A stretch of DNA of 41,245 nt from a virus (lineage: Duplodnaviria > Heunggongvirae > Uroviricota > Caudoviricetes): IMG/VR virus record IMGVR_UViG_2684622581_000003, one strand, 5' to 3'. The translations under genes and the position numbers were made by a program. Shown piece after piece: positions 1 to 10,142 of the stretch. Numbering within the stretch: position 1 is the first letter of the stretch; each line of letters starts with the position of its first letter. Below the pieces are notes generated by a model, which ran no database searches, was not told the origin of the DNA, and saw only the letters and a list, made by a program, of their open reading frames with translations.

Positions 1-477
1 ATGAAACTCATCAGTAATGATCTGCGCGATGGCGATAAGTTGCCGCATCGTCATGTCTTTAACGGCATGGGTTACGATGGCGATAATATTTCACCGCATC
101 TGGCGTGGGATGATGTTCCTGCGGGAACGAAAAGTTTTGTCGTCACCTGCTATGACCCGGATGCGCCAACCGGCTCCGGCTGGTGGCACTGGGTAGTTGT
201 TAACTTACCCGCTGATACCCGCGTATTACCGCAAGGGTTTGGCTCTGGTCTGGTAGCAATGCCAGACGGCGTTTTGCAGACGCGTACCGACTTTGGTAAA
301 ACCGGGTACGATGGCGCAGCACCGCCGAAAGGCGAAACTCATCGCTACATTTTTACCGTTCACGCGCTGGATATAGAACGTATTGATGTCGATGAAGGTG
401 CCAGCGGCGCGATGGTCGGGTTTAACGTTCATTTCCACTCTCTGGCAAGCGCCTCGATTACTGCGATGTTTAGTTAA
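1..477 (+). CDS. ybhB: YbhB, PEBP/kinase-inhibitor-like protein (host gene flanking attLambda on the bio side)
   Basis: 158-aa ORF recognised as E. coli YbhB; full length, starts at window base 1; its position beside the att core fits the chromosomal attLambda locus. Confidence 0.9.
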   Translation: MKLISNDLRDGDKLPHRHVFNGMGYDGDNISPHLAWDDVPAGTKSFVVTCYDPDAPTGSGWWHWVVVNLPADTRVLPQGFGSGLVAMPDGVLQTRTDFGKTGYDGAAPPKGETHRYIFTVHALDIERIDVDEGASGAMVGFNVHFHSLASASITAMFS

Positions 478-567
478 TCACTCTGCCAGATGGCGCAATG
501 CCATCTGGTATCACTTAAAGGTATTAAAAACAACTTTTTGTCTTTTTACCTTCCCGTTTCGCTCAAG

Positions 568-582
568 TTAGTATAAAAAAGC
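568..582. repeat. att core copy, ybhB-proximal (attR by lambda convention, P-arm side)
   Basis: 15-bp sequence ttagtataaaaaagc, reverse complement of the lambda common core GCTTTTTTATACTAA, repeated exactly at 39901-39915. Confidence 0.85.
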
Positions 583-728
583 TGAACGTGAAACATTAAA
601 AACCATTAATATCAATGTGTTACAATACCTTTAGTCTAAAAAATAGACTGCGTAATGCTACAAAACACAACATATCCAGTCACTATGAATCAACCACTTA
701 GATGGTATTAGTGACCTGTAACAGAGCA
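583..728. promoter_or_regulatory. att P-arm-like region with arm-type Int binding motif
   Basis: Directly adjoins the core; contains cagtcactatg, which matches the lambda arm-type Int site consensus; AT-rich. Confidence 0.5.
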
Positions 729-768
729 TTAGCGCAAGGTGATTTTTGTCTTCTTGCGCTAATTTTTT
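729..768 (+). terminator. tI/sib-like hairpin terminator beyond the P arm
   Basis: Perfect 10-bp inverted repeat ttagcgcaag / cttgcgctaa (729-738 and 753-762) with 14-nt loop, followed by a T6 run; matches the position expected for the lambda sib/tI element relative to the att core. Confidence 0.6.
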
Positions 769-1070
769 GTCAACATACTGGGTTATCTGAATTTACAACT
801 ATGCTCAGCATCTCGATAAGCGCAGAGAAATGATGCAGTGGTGGGCGGATTGGCTTGATGGAGAGAAAAATAGCGCAACTTTTAGGCCACATCAATGAAA
901 TTGTTTTCCCATGCATGAGCAAAAATTAGAATAACATTGCATAGTCACAGTATCGATCATGATTCACAGCAATGATAGAATACAAATAAATTTAACATGT
1001 TTCCACCGAAACAATCACACATGTAGCATTCGTCTTTTTTTGATGTAATTAACATTAAATGGTATAACAT

Positions 1071-2858
1071 ATGGAACTGAAATACAGACCCGAAATTGAT
1101 GGGTTGAGAACATTAGCTGTTTTACCTGTTATCTTTTTTCATGCAGGTGTTCAATGGATTCCTGGCGGCTTTCTTGGAGTAGATGTTTTTTTTGTTATTA
1201 GTGGTTTTTTAATTACCAGCATTTTGCTGAAAGAATGCAGCAATAGAACATTTACATTCTCTGGGTTTTATGAGAGAAGGGTTCGTAGAATTGCGCCTGC
1301 ATTAATTCTAATGACATCAGTAACATTCATTATATCATTATTTATGATGGTTCCATATGACCTAAAGAATCTAGGTCAATCAGTTGTTGCAACAATTTTT
1401 TCAGCAAACAATATATTATTGTACTTAACGTCAGGATATTGGTCTACAGCATCTGAATTTAAACCATTGTATCACACATGGAGTCTTGCTGTAGAAGAAC
1501 AGTATTATCTTGTAGCCCCTGTAATAATATATATAATTTACTCAATAAATCATAATAAACTAATAAAGAATAGTTTTATGTTTTTACTGGTAATATCAAT
1601 TGCCAGTTTTTTATATGCAACAATTACAACAGTGCATAATATGGAGCTTTCATTTCTTATGCTCCCTTCAAGGGCGTGGGAGATTGCTCTTGGTGGGGTT
1701 GCCGCTATTGCGCACTATAAAATAAAAAGAAAAAGTAACATCTTAGCATACCTTGGTTTTTTATTGATAATATCAAGTTACTTCCTTGTGAATGGTAAAA
1801 AATCACACCCTGGATTTGAAACATTATTTCCAGTTCTTGGTGCATGTTTGTTTTTAATGCATTCAAATGCATCTAAAGGAATTGGAAAGATCATGTCAAT
1901 AAAACCAATTGTGTTATGTGGCATGATAAGTTATTCGCTATACCTTTGGCATCAACCTGTTTTTGCATTTATAAGATTAAACTCAAAATTTGAACCGTCA
2001 ACAACATATTTTATCGCATCCATTCCTTTAATTTTTATTATATCGTGGATGTCTTATGTTTTTGTAGAAAAACCATTCAGAAACAAGAGAAAAACATCTA
2101 CAAAGAAAATCTTATCATATACATTAGCATTTTCGTTGGTGTTATCAGCATCAGGAATTTTGATGCACAAAACATATGGATTGCAAAATATCAGGCCTGA
2201 TCTTGCATATGGAGGAAATCCACAGGAGTATGTGGATAGCCCGAAGAAATTAAAGAATATTGAGTTCTCAGACTATGGAAAGAAAATATTAATCATGGGT
2301 AACTCATATGCGAGAGATTTAATTAATGCAATATCTACAAAGATTAAAACAAATGATCTTAATATTGTATATTTTGAGGGTGGATGTGATTGGTCAATAG
2401 ATAATAAAAATAAATTAGATTACTACTTGAATGACTCAGACATTATTTTATATTCGGAGAATTGGGGTGCAGGCGACTATAATAATAACGTTGAAAAGTT
2501 AAAACACTGTTACGATTACATAAAGTCAAAAACAACTGCAAAAATGTACTTGATTGGCACAAAAAACTTCGGGTATAACAATAACTTTGCTGTTAACCTG
2601 TCTCTTAATGACAGAGTTTTAGCAAAAACATACCCGCTATCAAGATATATAGAGTTTAACAATAAGGCGAAAATGATTTTTGGCGATGACTACATAGATT
2701 TGTTTGACCTTATAAAAGACAACAATGGAATGGTTAGAGTTTTTGATGAGAATGGCAAATTTTTATCATATGATGCAAACCATCTAACGAAATATGGAGC
2801 AAGTTACATTGGAGAAGTCTTAGACAAAAAAACAGACTTACTTCAATCTTTGAAATAA
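1071..2858 (+). CDS. Membrane acyltransferase, acyltransferase-3 family with C-terminal extension (OafA/Oac-like O-antigen acyltransferase), probable lysogenic conversion gene
   Basis: 595-aa ORF with many hydrophobic segments in the N-terminal two thirds and a soluble C-terminal region; strongly AT-rich compared with neighbours; sits between the att site and the tailspike where P22-like phages carry O-antigen modification genes. Confidence 0.8.
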   Translation: MELKYRPEIDGLRTLAVLPVIFFHAGVQWIPGGFLGVDVFFVISGFLITSILLKECSNRTFTFSGFYERRVRRIAPALILMTSVTFIISLFMMVPYDLKNLGQSVVATIFSANNILLYLTSGYWSTASEFKPLYHTWSLAVEEQYYLVAPVIIYIIYSINHNKLIKNSFMFLLVISIASFLYATITTVHNMELSFLMLPSRAWEIALGGVAAIAHYKIKRKSNILAYLGFLLIISSYFLVNGKKSHPGFETLFPVLGACLFLMHSNASKGIGKIMSIKPIVLCGMISYSLYLWHQPVFAFIRLNSKFEPSTTYFIASIPLIFIISWMSYVFVEKPFRNKRKTSTKKILSYTLAFSLVLSASGILMHKTYGLQNIRPDLAYGGNPQEYVDSPKKLKNIEFSDYGKKILIMGNSYARDLINAISTKIKTNDLNIVYFEGGCDWSIDNKNKLDYYLNDSDIILYSENWGAGDYNNNVEKLKHCYDYIKSKTTAKMYLIGTKNFGYNNNFAVNLSLNDRVLAKTYPLSRYIEFNNKAKMIFGDDYIDLFDLIKDNNGMVRVFDENGKFLSYDANHLTKYGASYIGEVLDKKTDLLQSLK

Positions 2859-2892
2859 AATATATAATTTATTAGTCGCTCCCCAAAAAAAT

Positions 2893-2919
2893 ATACCACC
2901 TCTTATGTTGAGGTGGTAT
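2893..2919 (-). terminator. Hairpin terminator between the convergent acyltransferase and tailspike genes
   Basis: 10-bp stem ataccacctc / gaggtggtat with 7-nt loop; on the minus-strand transcript it is followed by a U-run (plus-strand aaaaaaa at 2885-2891). Confidence 0.6.
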
Positions 2920-2950
2920 ATAGATAATAACTATAGACTATTGCGTTTGT

Positions 2951-5125
2951 TTATTTCTGCATCCTTTTTATCTCTCTACGCATATATGCAGCCTCAAGAC
3001 AAAGTATTTCTTCGTAGCGTACAGTGTAACCTGAGTGAGCATCACGTGCCTCCTGAAGCATTACCTGAGTACCATCTTCTAAAATATCGTAAACAGCTTC
3101 TGTTGCTGGGGTATTGTCATAACATAGTATGCCATATTCGAATGGATCAACCCCATGTGATTCAAAAGCTGTCTTGATGTCTTGGGCTATGACCCCAATA
3201 TGTCTCCGGGCTTTACTACCTTTTTCTGCCACGCTTGCCTTTAATTTATATGATACATACTGAACGTCACCCCAGGCGTCGAGAACAGCATCAGGTATTT
3301 GTGACTCTTCTGTTTTTGAGTTTCTGTCTGACGTGACCTGAAAAGCTGTTTGTGTATACCCACCTGACCATGCATATGCTGACGTTCCACATGTTTGAGC
3401 GTTCTGCCGACCAGGCCTAACATAATCTACGCCCCACACGAGAACCGTTGAGGTACCGATATTCCAGTATGCTATATTAGATGTACTATCAACTATTTGT
3501 TGTTGCTGATATTCTCCATTTTTTGTCCGGTATGTTGTTGTTTGAAAGGCTCTAGGCAGAAACTGTAAACCATTAGTGCTAAGGTTTCTTATAGAGTTTT
3601 TAATGTCTGGGCTATTTCCGTCTTGTGTTCTTGCTATAGTCATTCCATCTGAGCAAGGTGGATGTCCATATTTAAGACGAAGATTTTCTATTACGGTAAG
3701 TGATTCTGAGCGATTGGTAACATCACCGGATTTTAGTAAGTACCATCCTGAAGAAGAGCTATTGTGTTCTACAATATTCTTAAACGTAAATTTAGGATCG
3801 GTATAATTCTCTGCATATTGCGGCTGATCCATTAAAACCAATCCTTTAAATTCTGAATCAGAGCGAGAGTTATTAATGTGCATCCCATCAAAAGTTATGT
3901 TGTCAGATTGTGTATTCTCTGTGCCATCTGTTCTTAAGTACAGAAAATTTCCCCCTTTGAAATACTCAAACCAACCATCAATAACTTTGAAATTAAAGAA
4001 CTGCCTTAGTCTAAAAAATGCACCACCAAAAACCTCACCTTTCTCAATCCATGGATTGTTGATGGTAAAATTAAATCCACCTGTTATATCGAAGTAAATT
4101 CTTGCTCTACAGTTTTCGAATATTGGGTTATCCATAACATTGAGATTGAATGCTGCAAAGTTATTTGCACCAGACTTATTCGTAGTAAGAATATATCCTG
4201 AATCGTTCACAGATTTAAATTTAGGGTAATAATGATATACTGCAATCCATGAAGCATTCCATATAGTATGGAATGCTTCCCATGAGCAGTTATATGTTGC
4301 AAAGTTAGCCACCCACTCACCATCATCAGCCTCCATGAACACTGATTTCAGATCAGATACTCCATTACCAATAAACAGTATGTTTTCAAAAAGACATCTC
4401 TCAAATTTGAACATGCCTGGTTGAGTGAACATTGCATAGTTTCCTGATGCTTTGATGGTGGCCCTTCCATTTGGGCATACGATGCTAAAGACTTTACCTG
4501 CCGATGTAGCTATTGGCTTAGATGTCACGTAGACAAATCCAGCAGGAATTAACAATCCAGCATTAGCATTAAGCACAGAAATAACTTTGTCATCCACCTC
4601 TGGATTAGCTAAGCCACTTATTGCCCCTAAATCTTGTATGGATAGCAGGTCAGAATTTTTATCATGCTGAGTCCTTCTTATTGCATCAAAAAAAGGCTGT
4701 TTAACGCCAATTAACGCATCACCTTTACTTTCATCATCTAAATATTTACCCGTTTGAGCAAGCTGATTAACGATGTCAATACTGAATTGGTCGGGGTCAT
4801 ATTTCAGTACATTAGGGAAATAGAACTGCTGAGCACCGTACGCATCATAAACAGCCATAGAATGGCCCTGTACAGTAACGAATTTGGCAATCTGTCCGTT
4901 ATATACAGGATAACCAGCAGCGTTAATGATGATTGGTTGCGAAACAGGAACGTGAGAGCCGTCTTCGTTCTCCACATAAACCTGAATCTGGTTTTCAGGA
5001 TTTACCGGGTTAGTGTCAATTTTTCCTATATAAATTTTGCCATTGGCTACCGCTTTAAAAGAACGAGCCATAGTGAAGAGTTGCGAAGGCATGCTTACCA
5101 CAACATTTGCGGTGATATCTGACAT
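2951..5125 (-). CDS. Tailspike protein: P22-type head-binding N-terminal domain, divergent central receptor-binding domain, C-terminal intramolecular-chaperone (peptidase S74-like) domain
   Basis: N-terminus [11 protein letters not shown]...[15 protein letters not shown]...[13 protein letters not shown]...VLKYDPDQF matches the P22 gp9 head-binding domain; C-terminus [31 protein letters not shown] resembles the auto-cleaving chaperone domain of endosialidase-type fibers. Start placed at the internal Met that aligns with P22 gp9; the ORF-track start is 5173. Confidence 0.85.
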   Translation of the reverse strand: MSDITANVVVSMPSQLFTMARSFKAVANGKIYIGKIDTNPVNPENQIQVYVENEDGSHVPVSQPIIINAAGYPVYNGQIAKFVTVQGHSMAVYDAYGAQQFYFPNVLKYDPDQFSIDIVNQLAQTGKYLDDESKGDALIGVKQPFFDAIRRTQHDKNSDLLSIQDLGAISGLANPEVDDKVISVLNANAGLLIPAGFVYVTSKPIATSAGKVFSIVCPNGRATIKASGNYAMFTQPGMFKFERCLFENILFIGNGVSDLKSVFMEADDGEWVANFATYNCSWEAFHTIWNASWIAVYHYYPKFKSVNDSGYILTTNKSGANNFAAFNLNVMDNPIFENCRARIYFDITGGFNFTINNPWIEKGEVFGGAFFRLRQFFNFKVIDGWFEYFKGGNFLYLRTDGTENTQSDNITFDGMHINNSRSDSEFKGLVLMDQPQYAENYTDPKFTFKNIVEHNSSSSGWYLLKSGDVTNRSESLTVIENLRLKYGHPPCSDGMTIARTQDGNSPDIKNSIRNLSTNGLQFLPRAFQTTTYRTKNGEYQQQQIVDSTSNIAYWNIGTSTVLVWGVDYVRPGRQNAQTCGTSAYAWSGGYTQTAFQVTSDRNSKTEESQIPDAVLDAWGDVQYVSYKLKASVAEKGSKARRHIGVIAQDIKTAFESHGVDPFEYGILCYDNTPATEAVYDILEDGTQVMLQEARDAHSGYTVRYEEILCLEAAYMRREIKRMQK

Positions 5126-5246
5126 TTCATTACTCCAAACGAATGATATGATGCAACCATGATGTGATTGCATACCGAAATGGTACTATTGAGTATTTAT
5201 CCAGTAGGTTACGATGCCATTCCACCCAACTGGTGAGGCATCAAGG

Positions 5247-5507
5247 ATGTACAGCAAATACGACGAGGCGCAGTTTCACTTGAGACTTCCGCATGAACTC
5301 CACGAGAAAATTAAACAGCGCGCGAAGATGAATAACAGGTCGCTGAACTCTGAGATAATTGCAGCGATTGAAGAATCATTGACTAAACAAAGCTCTGCAT
5401 CAGTTTACATTGACGATGCAGAGCGTATGGCAGAACAACAATCTGATATGGTTAAGAAAATTGTCTTTGATACGCTCAAGGAGCTATATAAAAAAGACAG
5501 CAACTAA
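5247..5507 (+). CDS. mnt: Mnt-like ribbon-helix-helix repressor (immI-type)
   Basis: Resembles P22 Mnt (RLPHELHEKIKQRAKMNNRSLNSEIIAAIEESL ... NDAERMAEQQSDMVKKIVFDTLKELYKK); transcribed opposite to the late operon as in P22; start chosen at an internal Met, with 5214 as an alternative. Confidence 0.7.
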   Translation: MYSKYDEAQFHLRLPHELHEKIKQRAKMNNRSLNSEIIAAIEESLTKQSSASVYIDDAERMAEQQSDMVKKIVFDTLKELYKKDSN

Positions 5508-5596
5508 CCATCCATTACGGAGGATTTATGCAAAGAGATATGATGAATATTGCATTCTACATATTTGGTTTTTGCACTTTCCTGGTATTTGCAAAG

Positions 5597-7594
5597 CTAT
5601 TCTGACAACGCATCAGACTTAGCCCCCTGCGTCAGAGCGTTAATTGCATTTTGTGCCTGCTGCATTGCTTTCTCAAAGGCTGTTGATCCGCGTGGGGTGT
5701 TTGCCATTCGGAGCATTGCATTTCTGAATGGCTCGCTCTCATAGGCGCGAGTAAGAAGTCCGTAGCTTACTGCTGCGCCAGTTGTCGCCGGGTTCATTGC
5801 CGTCCCATACCCAATAATGAACGGGATAGTTTGCTGTCCTGTGGGTGTTGTTACTGCCGCTTTTGCAGCCTGCTGCGTGGATTGCAGGTAGTTTTTCAAT
5901 CCTTTCAGATAAGCAGCGTCCTGCCCCTTAAATGTGATGCCAGTCTGGTTTTGCAGGATGTTAAGCTGCCGAAGGAACTGGTCAGGGGATCCGCCAGATT
6001 TCTCCATCGCCTTTCCAATGATGCCATTGCGCATTTGCGCCCTGCCAACACGACCAACTGAGTTATACAGCGTCTTAATTTCAGATTTGTTCTTGCTGAA
6101 TAGCATGTTGTTGACAACTTCCGGCGTCAGATCGCCTTTCATGAGAACATTCTTCAGCCTGGTATTCTTTAGTTTCGCTGCTTCGTCAGCGTAGACGGCA
6201 TTGGCCTGCTGATATTTACGGAGAGTATCGTTGCCAAGATTCTGACCAATGGCACCATTGATATCGTCTGTCATCGCCTTGTAAACGCGCTGAATGGCGG
6301 CATCGGAACGGTTTGGTAACACTGGTCGCTCACCCTTCACGTCCATTCTGAACTGGCTGCGCAGGTCGCTTAATTGCTTCAAATCCAGATTTACCGGACC
6401 ATCAGGACCAGCATTGCGAACAAGCTCATCACGATATGACTGAAGTTTTGAAATAGTCTCGTTATCAGCAACCTTACCAAGCTTCTGCAGGTTAGATATT
6501 TCTGTATCAATCTGCTGAATTGCTCGTGCAGGCTGAATGTTTACTCCAGCCATAGCATTCTGAACCTGCTCCAGTCGATTACCGGCGGCACGACGAATTC
6601 CTGATGTTTTCGCTTTAAGGCTGTCAATAACAACAGCTGGATCATACTCACCGAATTTATCAGCAAATCTCTGCACCAACTGGCTTCTCGCTTCCTGTTG
6701 CGTTGCTCTCATTCCGCTTGTGCCAGCCAGAGGGATATTTTCTGCTGTAGTCTGCGCCATTTTTCCGACGCGTGAAGTTGGTTGTAACAGGTCTGTGGTG
6801 TGCAGAGGAACTCCTTCACGCTCTGCAAATCTGATAGCCTGCTGCGCTTCTGGCGCAATAGCACCACGTACGCCACGATAAGCAGCACCTAATCCACGTC
6901 CGGCAGCGTTAATAGCACCGCCAGCCAGCACACCAACGCCTAAATCGGTGGCGAGTGCTTCCGCATCATCTTTCGCACTATTTGCAGCAAGTGATCCAAC
7001 TGCGTTTTCAGCGAGAAGGCGAGTTGCACCCTGAGCAATTCGACCAGCAAGTGTTGGTGCCTGTGTTGCCGCTCTCTCAACGCCAGCAGGAGTGAGGTAA
7101 GGCAATGCTTCAGCAAATACCCTTCCCTCTGTCGTTTGTGGAGTCAGCGCGCCTTGCTGAAGGCCAAAGTCCTGCTCTAATCCCTGCGTTGTTACTCGTG
7201 GCGCTGGGTGATATGTACCATCGCCAATGCCGAGTTTACCGCCAGCCCAAGCCGCCGCGCTTGTTACAGCATCTGCAACTGATGCAGGTATGTTTGCCAC
7301 GTTCACGCCAGCCTGCACCAGTCCGCGACCAGTCTCTTTTACTGCTTCGCCAAGATCAGACATAAATCCACTTTGCTGTGGTTGTTGCTGTGCTTCTGGT
7401 TGTTGTGTCTCCACTGGCTGCACAGATGGCAATGGATAGGCAGCATAGAAAGCTTGCTTAGCCTGCTCTGCATTTTCTCCGGCTTGCGGGGCCACGACTT
7501 CATTGAAGTATTGCTCCTGAGCCTGCGCTTTTTGTTCTGGTGCTAACGCCTGATACTGTGGAGAGGCGATAACATCTTTCCATGCTTTAGCCAT
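5597..7594 (-). CDS. Ejection (internal virion) protein, P22 gp16-like
   Basis: 665-aa ORF in the P22 gp16 position at the end of the gp7-gp20-gp16 series; Ala/Gln/Gly-rich composition typical of ejection proteins. Confidence 0.7.
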   Translation of the reverse strand: MAKAWKDVIASPQYQALAPEQKAQAQEQYFNEVVAPQAGENAEQAKQAFYAAYPLPSVQPVETQQPEAQQQPQQSGFMSDLGEAVKETGRGLVQAGVNVANIPASVADAVTSAAAWAGGKLGIGDGTYHPAPRVTTQGLEQDFGLQQGALTPQTTEGRVFAEALPYLTPAGVERAATQAPTLAGRIAQGATRLLAENAVGSLAANSAKDDAEALATDLGVGVLAGGAINAAGRGLGAAYRGVRGAIAPEAQQAIRFAEREGVPLHTTDLLQPTSRVGKMAQTTAENIPLAGTSGMRATQQEARSQLVQRFADKFGEYDPAVVIDSLKAKTSGIRRAAGNRLEQVQNAMAGVNIQPARAIQQIDTEISNLQKLGKVADNETISKLQSYRDELVRNAGPDGPVNLDLKQLSDLRSQFRMDVKGERPVLPNRSDAAIQRVYKAMTDDINGAIGQNLGNDTLRKYQQANAVYADEAAKLKNTRLKNVLMKGDLTPEVVNNMLFSKNKSEIKTLYNSVGRVGRAQMRNGIIGKAMEKSGGSPDQFLRQLNILQNQTGITFKGQDAAYLKGLKNYLQSTQQAAKAAVTTPTGQQTIPFIIGYGTAMNPATTGAAVSYGLLTRAYESEPFRNAMLRMANTPRGSTAFEKAMQQAQNAINALTQGAKSDALSE

Positions 7595-8982
7595 TAATCA
7601 CCCCATAGTGAAGAAAAGTTACTGCTGGCTGCTGGCTGTGATACCTGTGCAGGTTGAGATTGCTGCCGCTGAGATTTACCAACATTAACGTTATATTGTT
7701 GGTTGTAATTGTTGGTGTATTCCTGAATCTCACGAATCGACTGCTGCATAGCCTCCGGGCTTGAATAGTCAACCTGCGGCATCCCCTGAAAATACATCTT
7801 CGCTTCTGCAACGGTGTTAATACCACTGGCACCCATATCCCTTGCTGCCGCCACACCCTGATTCTGCATTCTGCCCTGAATACGTTGTGCTGAGTTATAT
7901 AACTGGCGCTGCTCTTTTCCTGTTAATCGGCTGCGAACATCAGCACCAATTGCTGGATTACCTGCACCGCCTGTCATTCCTGTCATGAAATCGAGAGCAG
8001 AAGCGTCTGCATTTGCGATCGCGTCGATATCCTTCTTCATGGCATAGTTTTGTGCTGATGCAGACGATGTTGCAGGCGCTGCGATTGAACTGGCAGGAAC
8101 GCGAACCATATTCCCCTCGTTGTCGATGCCTTCGTAGAACGCATTAGCCCCAGCGCCGTGAAGTTTCCCTCCTACCGTTACAGTTCTGCCATCTGATAAC
8201 TGAACTGTACGCTCATCATTCCCAGCGGTTCCTCTTGTTGACGCTCGCTGCATTGCCAAATCCTGCCCGCGTCTCGCAGTAGAAGCAGATAAGTCCTGAC
8301 CGCGCATCGTGATGTTCTGGCCTCGTGCTGTTAGCGCCTCGCCAGCCTGATTGCTGCGGATTGTCTCTGCCAGCCTGCCTCGGTCAATCTCACGACCTGC
8401 CATCTTGTCCTGAACATTGAAGTAATCAATCGGACCAAGAGCAGCCATCCCAAGGTGATCAACAAACTCACCAAATCCTGAAGGATTCTGCTGATACATC
8501 TGAGCAACGTTATTAGGGTCAACACCGACGCGAGTCAGTTCCTTGGCGTTGTTTTGCAGCCATGATTGCATTGCTTCTGGAGACGATGACGCAAGGCGTG
8601 CGCCAGCCGCTAAGGTGCCTATAGAATTGCGCTGGTCTTCATCAATGAATCCCATGCCTTTACGAACGGATTCAATCTGGTCTGGATATTGAGTAGCCAA
8701 CTGACGAAAAGCACCGCGATCACCAGACGCATAAGCATTAGCGTATGCCTGCTGAAATTCTTTCTGCCGCTGAGCCTGCTTTTCCTGCTGAAAAACACCC
8801 GCAATACCTGAAAGACCTTGCAAAGCAGTCAGCCCAACATTGTTAGCGCCTGAACGCTCAATATCATTGTTCTGCCTGATAAGCTGAAGCGTATTGCCGA
8901 TGTCATTTACGCTCGGAGCGTTTGAGTTGACGCCGCCGATACCAGCCAACAATCCGCCGTTTGTTCCTTGCCAAGTAGCCAT
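7594..8982 (-). CDS. Ejection protein, P22 gp20-like
   Basis: 462-aa ORF, position and size match P22 gp20; start overlaps the stop of the upstream gene. Confidence 0.7.
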   Translation of the reverse strand: MATWQGTNGGLLAGIGGVNSNAPSVNDIGNTLQLIRQNNDIERSGANNVGLTALQGLSGIAGVFQQEKQAQRQKEFQQAYANAYASGDRGAFRQLATQYPDQIESVRKGMGFIDEDQRNSIGTLAAGARLASSSPEAMQSWLQNNAKELTRVGVDPNNVAQMYQQNPSGFGEFVDHLGMAALGPIDYFNVQDKMAGREIDRGRLAETIRSNQAGEALTARGQNITMRGQDLSASTARRGQDLAMQRASTRGTAGNDERTVQLSDGRTVTVGGKLHGAGANAFYEGIDNEGNMVRVPASSIAAPATSSASAQNYAMKKDIDAIANADASALDFMTGMTGGAGNPAIGADVRSRLTGKEQRQLYNSAQRIQGRMQNQGVAAARDMGASGINTVAEAKMYFQGMPQVDYSSPEAMQQSIREIQEYTNNYNQQYNVNVGKSQRQQSQPAQVSQPAASSNFSSLWGD

Positions 8983-8991
8983 GATTACCCC

Positions 8992-9684
8992 TTAAAACAA
9001 CGAGCCAAGCAATCCGATACCAGCACCAATGCCAGCGCCCCAAGGCGTTGATGTTCCCAAAAGGCTGGCAAGACCTGCACCGGCAATCGCACCAGACGTG
9101 CCACCGCTAATTGCAGTCTGAAGACTTGATGGTTTATTGGCATTAGCAGCGGCAAGTGCTGCGCTTTGCTGTGCAATGCTGCTCATGTTGTTGGCGTACG
9201 TCTGCCCGGCGTTTGCCTGACCTTGCAGCGCACCAAGCCCAACGTTTGCCAGATTGTTGTAATTGCTCATCTGATTTGATAACCAAGACTGACCGAGTGT
9301 CGGCGCGATCGTAGCCAGTTGATTGCTTGTGGCTGTCGAACCAAGTCCTCCCGTAGCCTCCGCAGCAGCAAGACTCTGGTAACGAGCCTGACCTGCAAGG
9401 TCTTTATACTGCTGAGAGTTGTAATACTGATTAAGTGCCTGCCCCTGACCTTCTAAACTGGAAAGGTTCTGAAGCTGGTTAACATACTGCTCCGCAAGAG
9501 GCGTGAACAGAGCAAGGTTTTTCATGATCGTCTGCCACTGCTGATTTTGCAGGTCTGCTGCATACTTCTGAGCTTCTGCTGCATACTTTGCGCTTTTATC
9601 AGAGCTGCCACCTTTCCCGCCTTTTTCAGGGCAATAAGGTTCCTCGCCACGCAGTTTTCTGCCTAGCTTAAATGCATATAACAT
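8992..9684 (-). CDS. Ejection protein, P22 gp7-like
   Basis: 230-aa ORF, size and position match P22 gp7 (229 aa). Confidence 0.7.
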   Translation of the reverse strand: MLYAFKLGRKLRGEEPYCPEKGGKGGSSDKSAKYAAEAQKYAADLQNQQWQTIMKNLALFTPLAEQYVNQLQNLSSLEGQGQALNQYYNSQQYKDLAGQARYQSLAAAEATGGLGSTATSNQLATIAPTLGQSWLSNQMSNYNNLANVGLGALQGQANAGQTYANNMSSIAQQSAALAAANANKPSSLQTAISGGTSGAIAGAGLASLLGTSTPWGAGIGAGIGLLGSLF

Positions 9685-9686
9685 GG

Positions 9687-10142
9687 CTATCTCCCGTGAT
9701 TCAGGAAGTCGATTAGTTCTTCGCGTGTGGCGCTGTAAAACGTCACGTCATCCACGCCTTTGAAGTATTTCTTGATGGTTCCTACACGCTTAAGGCCAAT
9801 CATTGCGCAGTACATCTGACCGTGGCGGAATTTGCGCGCAGCGAACGATGTGACGCACTGAACGGTGGTGTTAGTCAGAATGTATCGCCAGAACGCCAGC
9901 CCGATTTCCTTGCTGAATCCACGAACCTCTGGCAGGTACATGGCGTGGCAATCGAATGTAAGCGGCTGAATTTCCTGATAGTAAACAATGCCGCCAAACT
10001 GACCGTGCACGTTAACCTCAAAGTAACGGCATTCAGGCTTGTAGTCGTATCCATCACCGTTGTTGCTTCCGGCAATAATGTCAGGGTGATTTCCGACTGC
10101 TTCTATCAGGTCGATGTTTCGCGTTGGTTTGAACTGAACCAT
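9687..10142 (-). CDS. Virion protein, P22 gp14-like
   Basis: 151-aa ORF between the tail needle and gp7 homologues, the P22 gene 14 position. Confidence 0.6.
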   Translation of the reverse strand: MVQFKPTRNIDLIEAVGNHPDIIAGSNNGDGYDYKPECRYFEVNVHGQFGGIVYYQEIQPLTFDCHAMYLPEVRGFSKEIGLAFWRYILTNTTVQCVTSFAARKFRHGQMYCAMIGLKRVGTIKKYFKGVDDVTFYSATREELIDFLNHGR

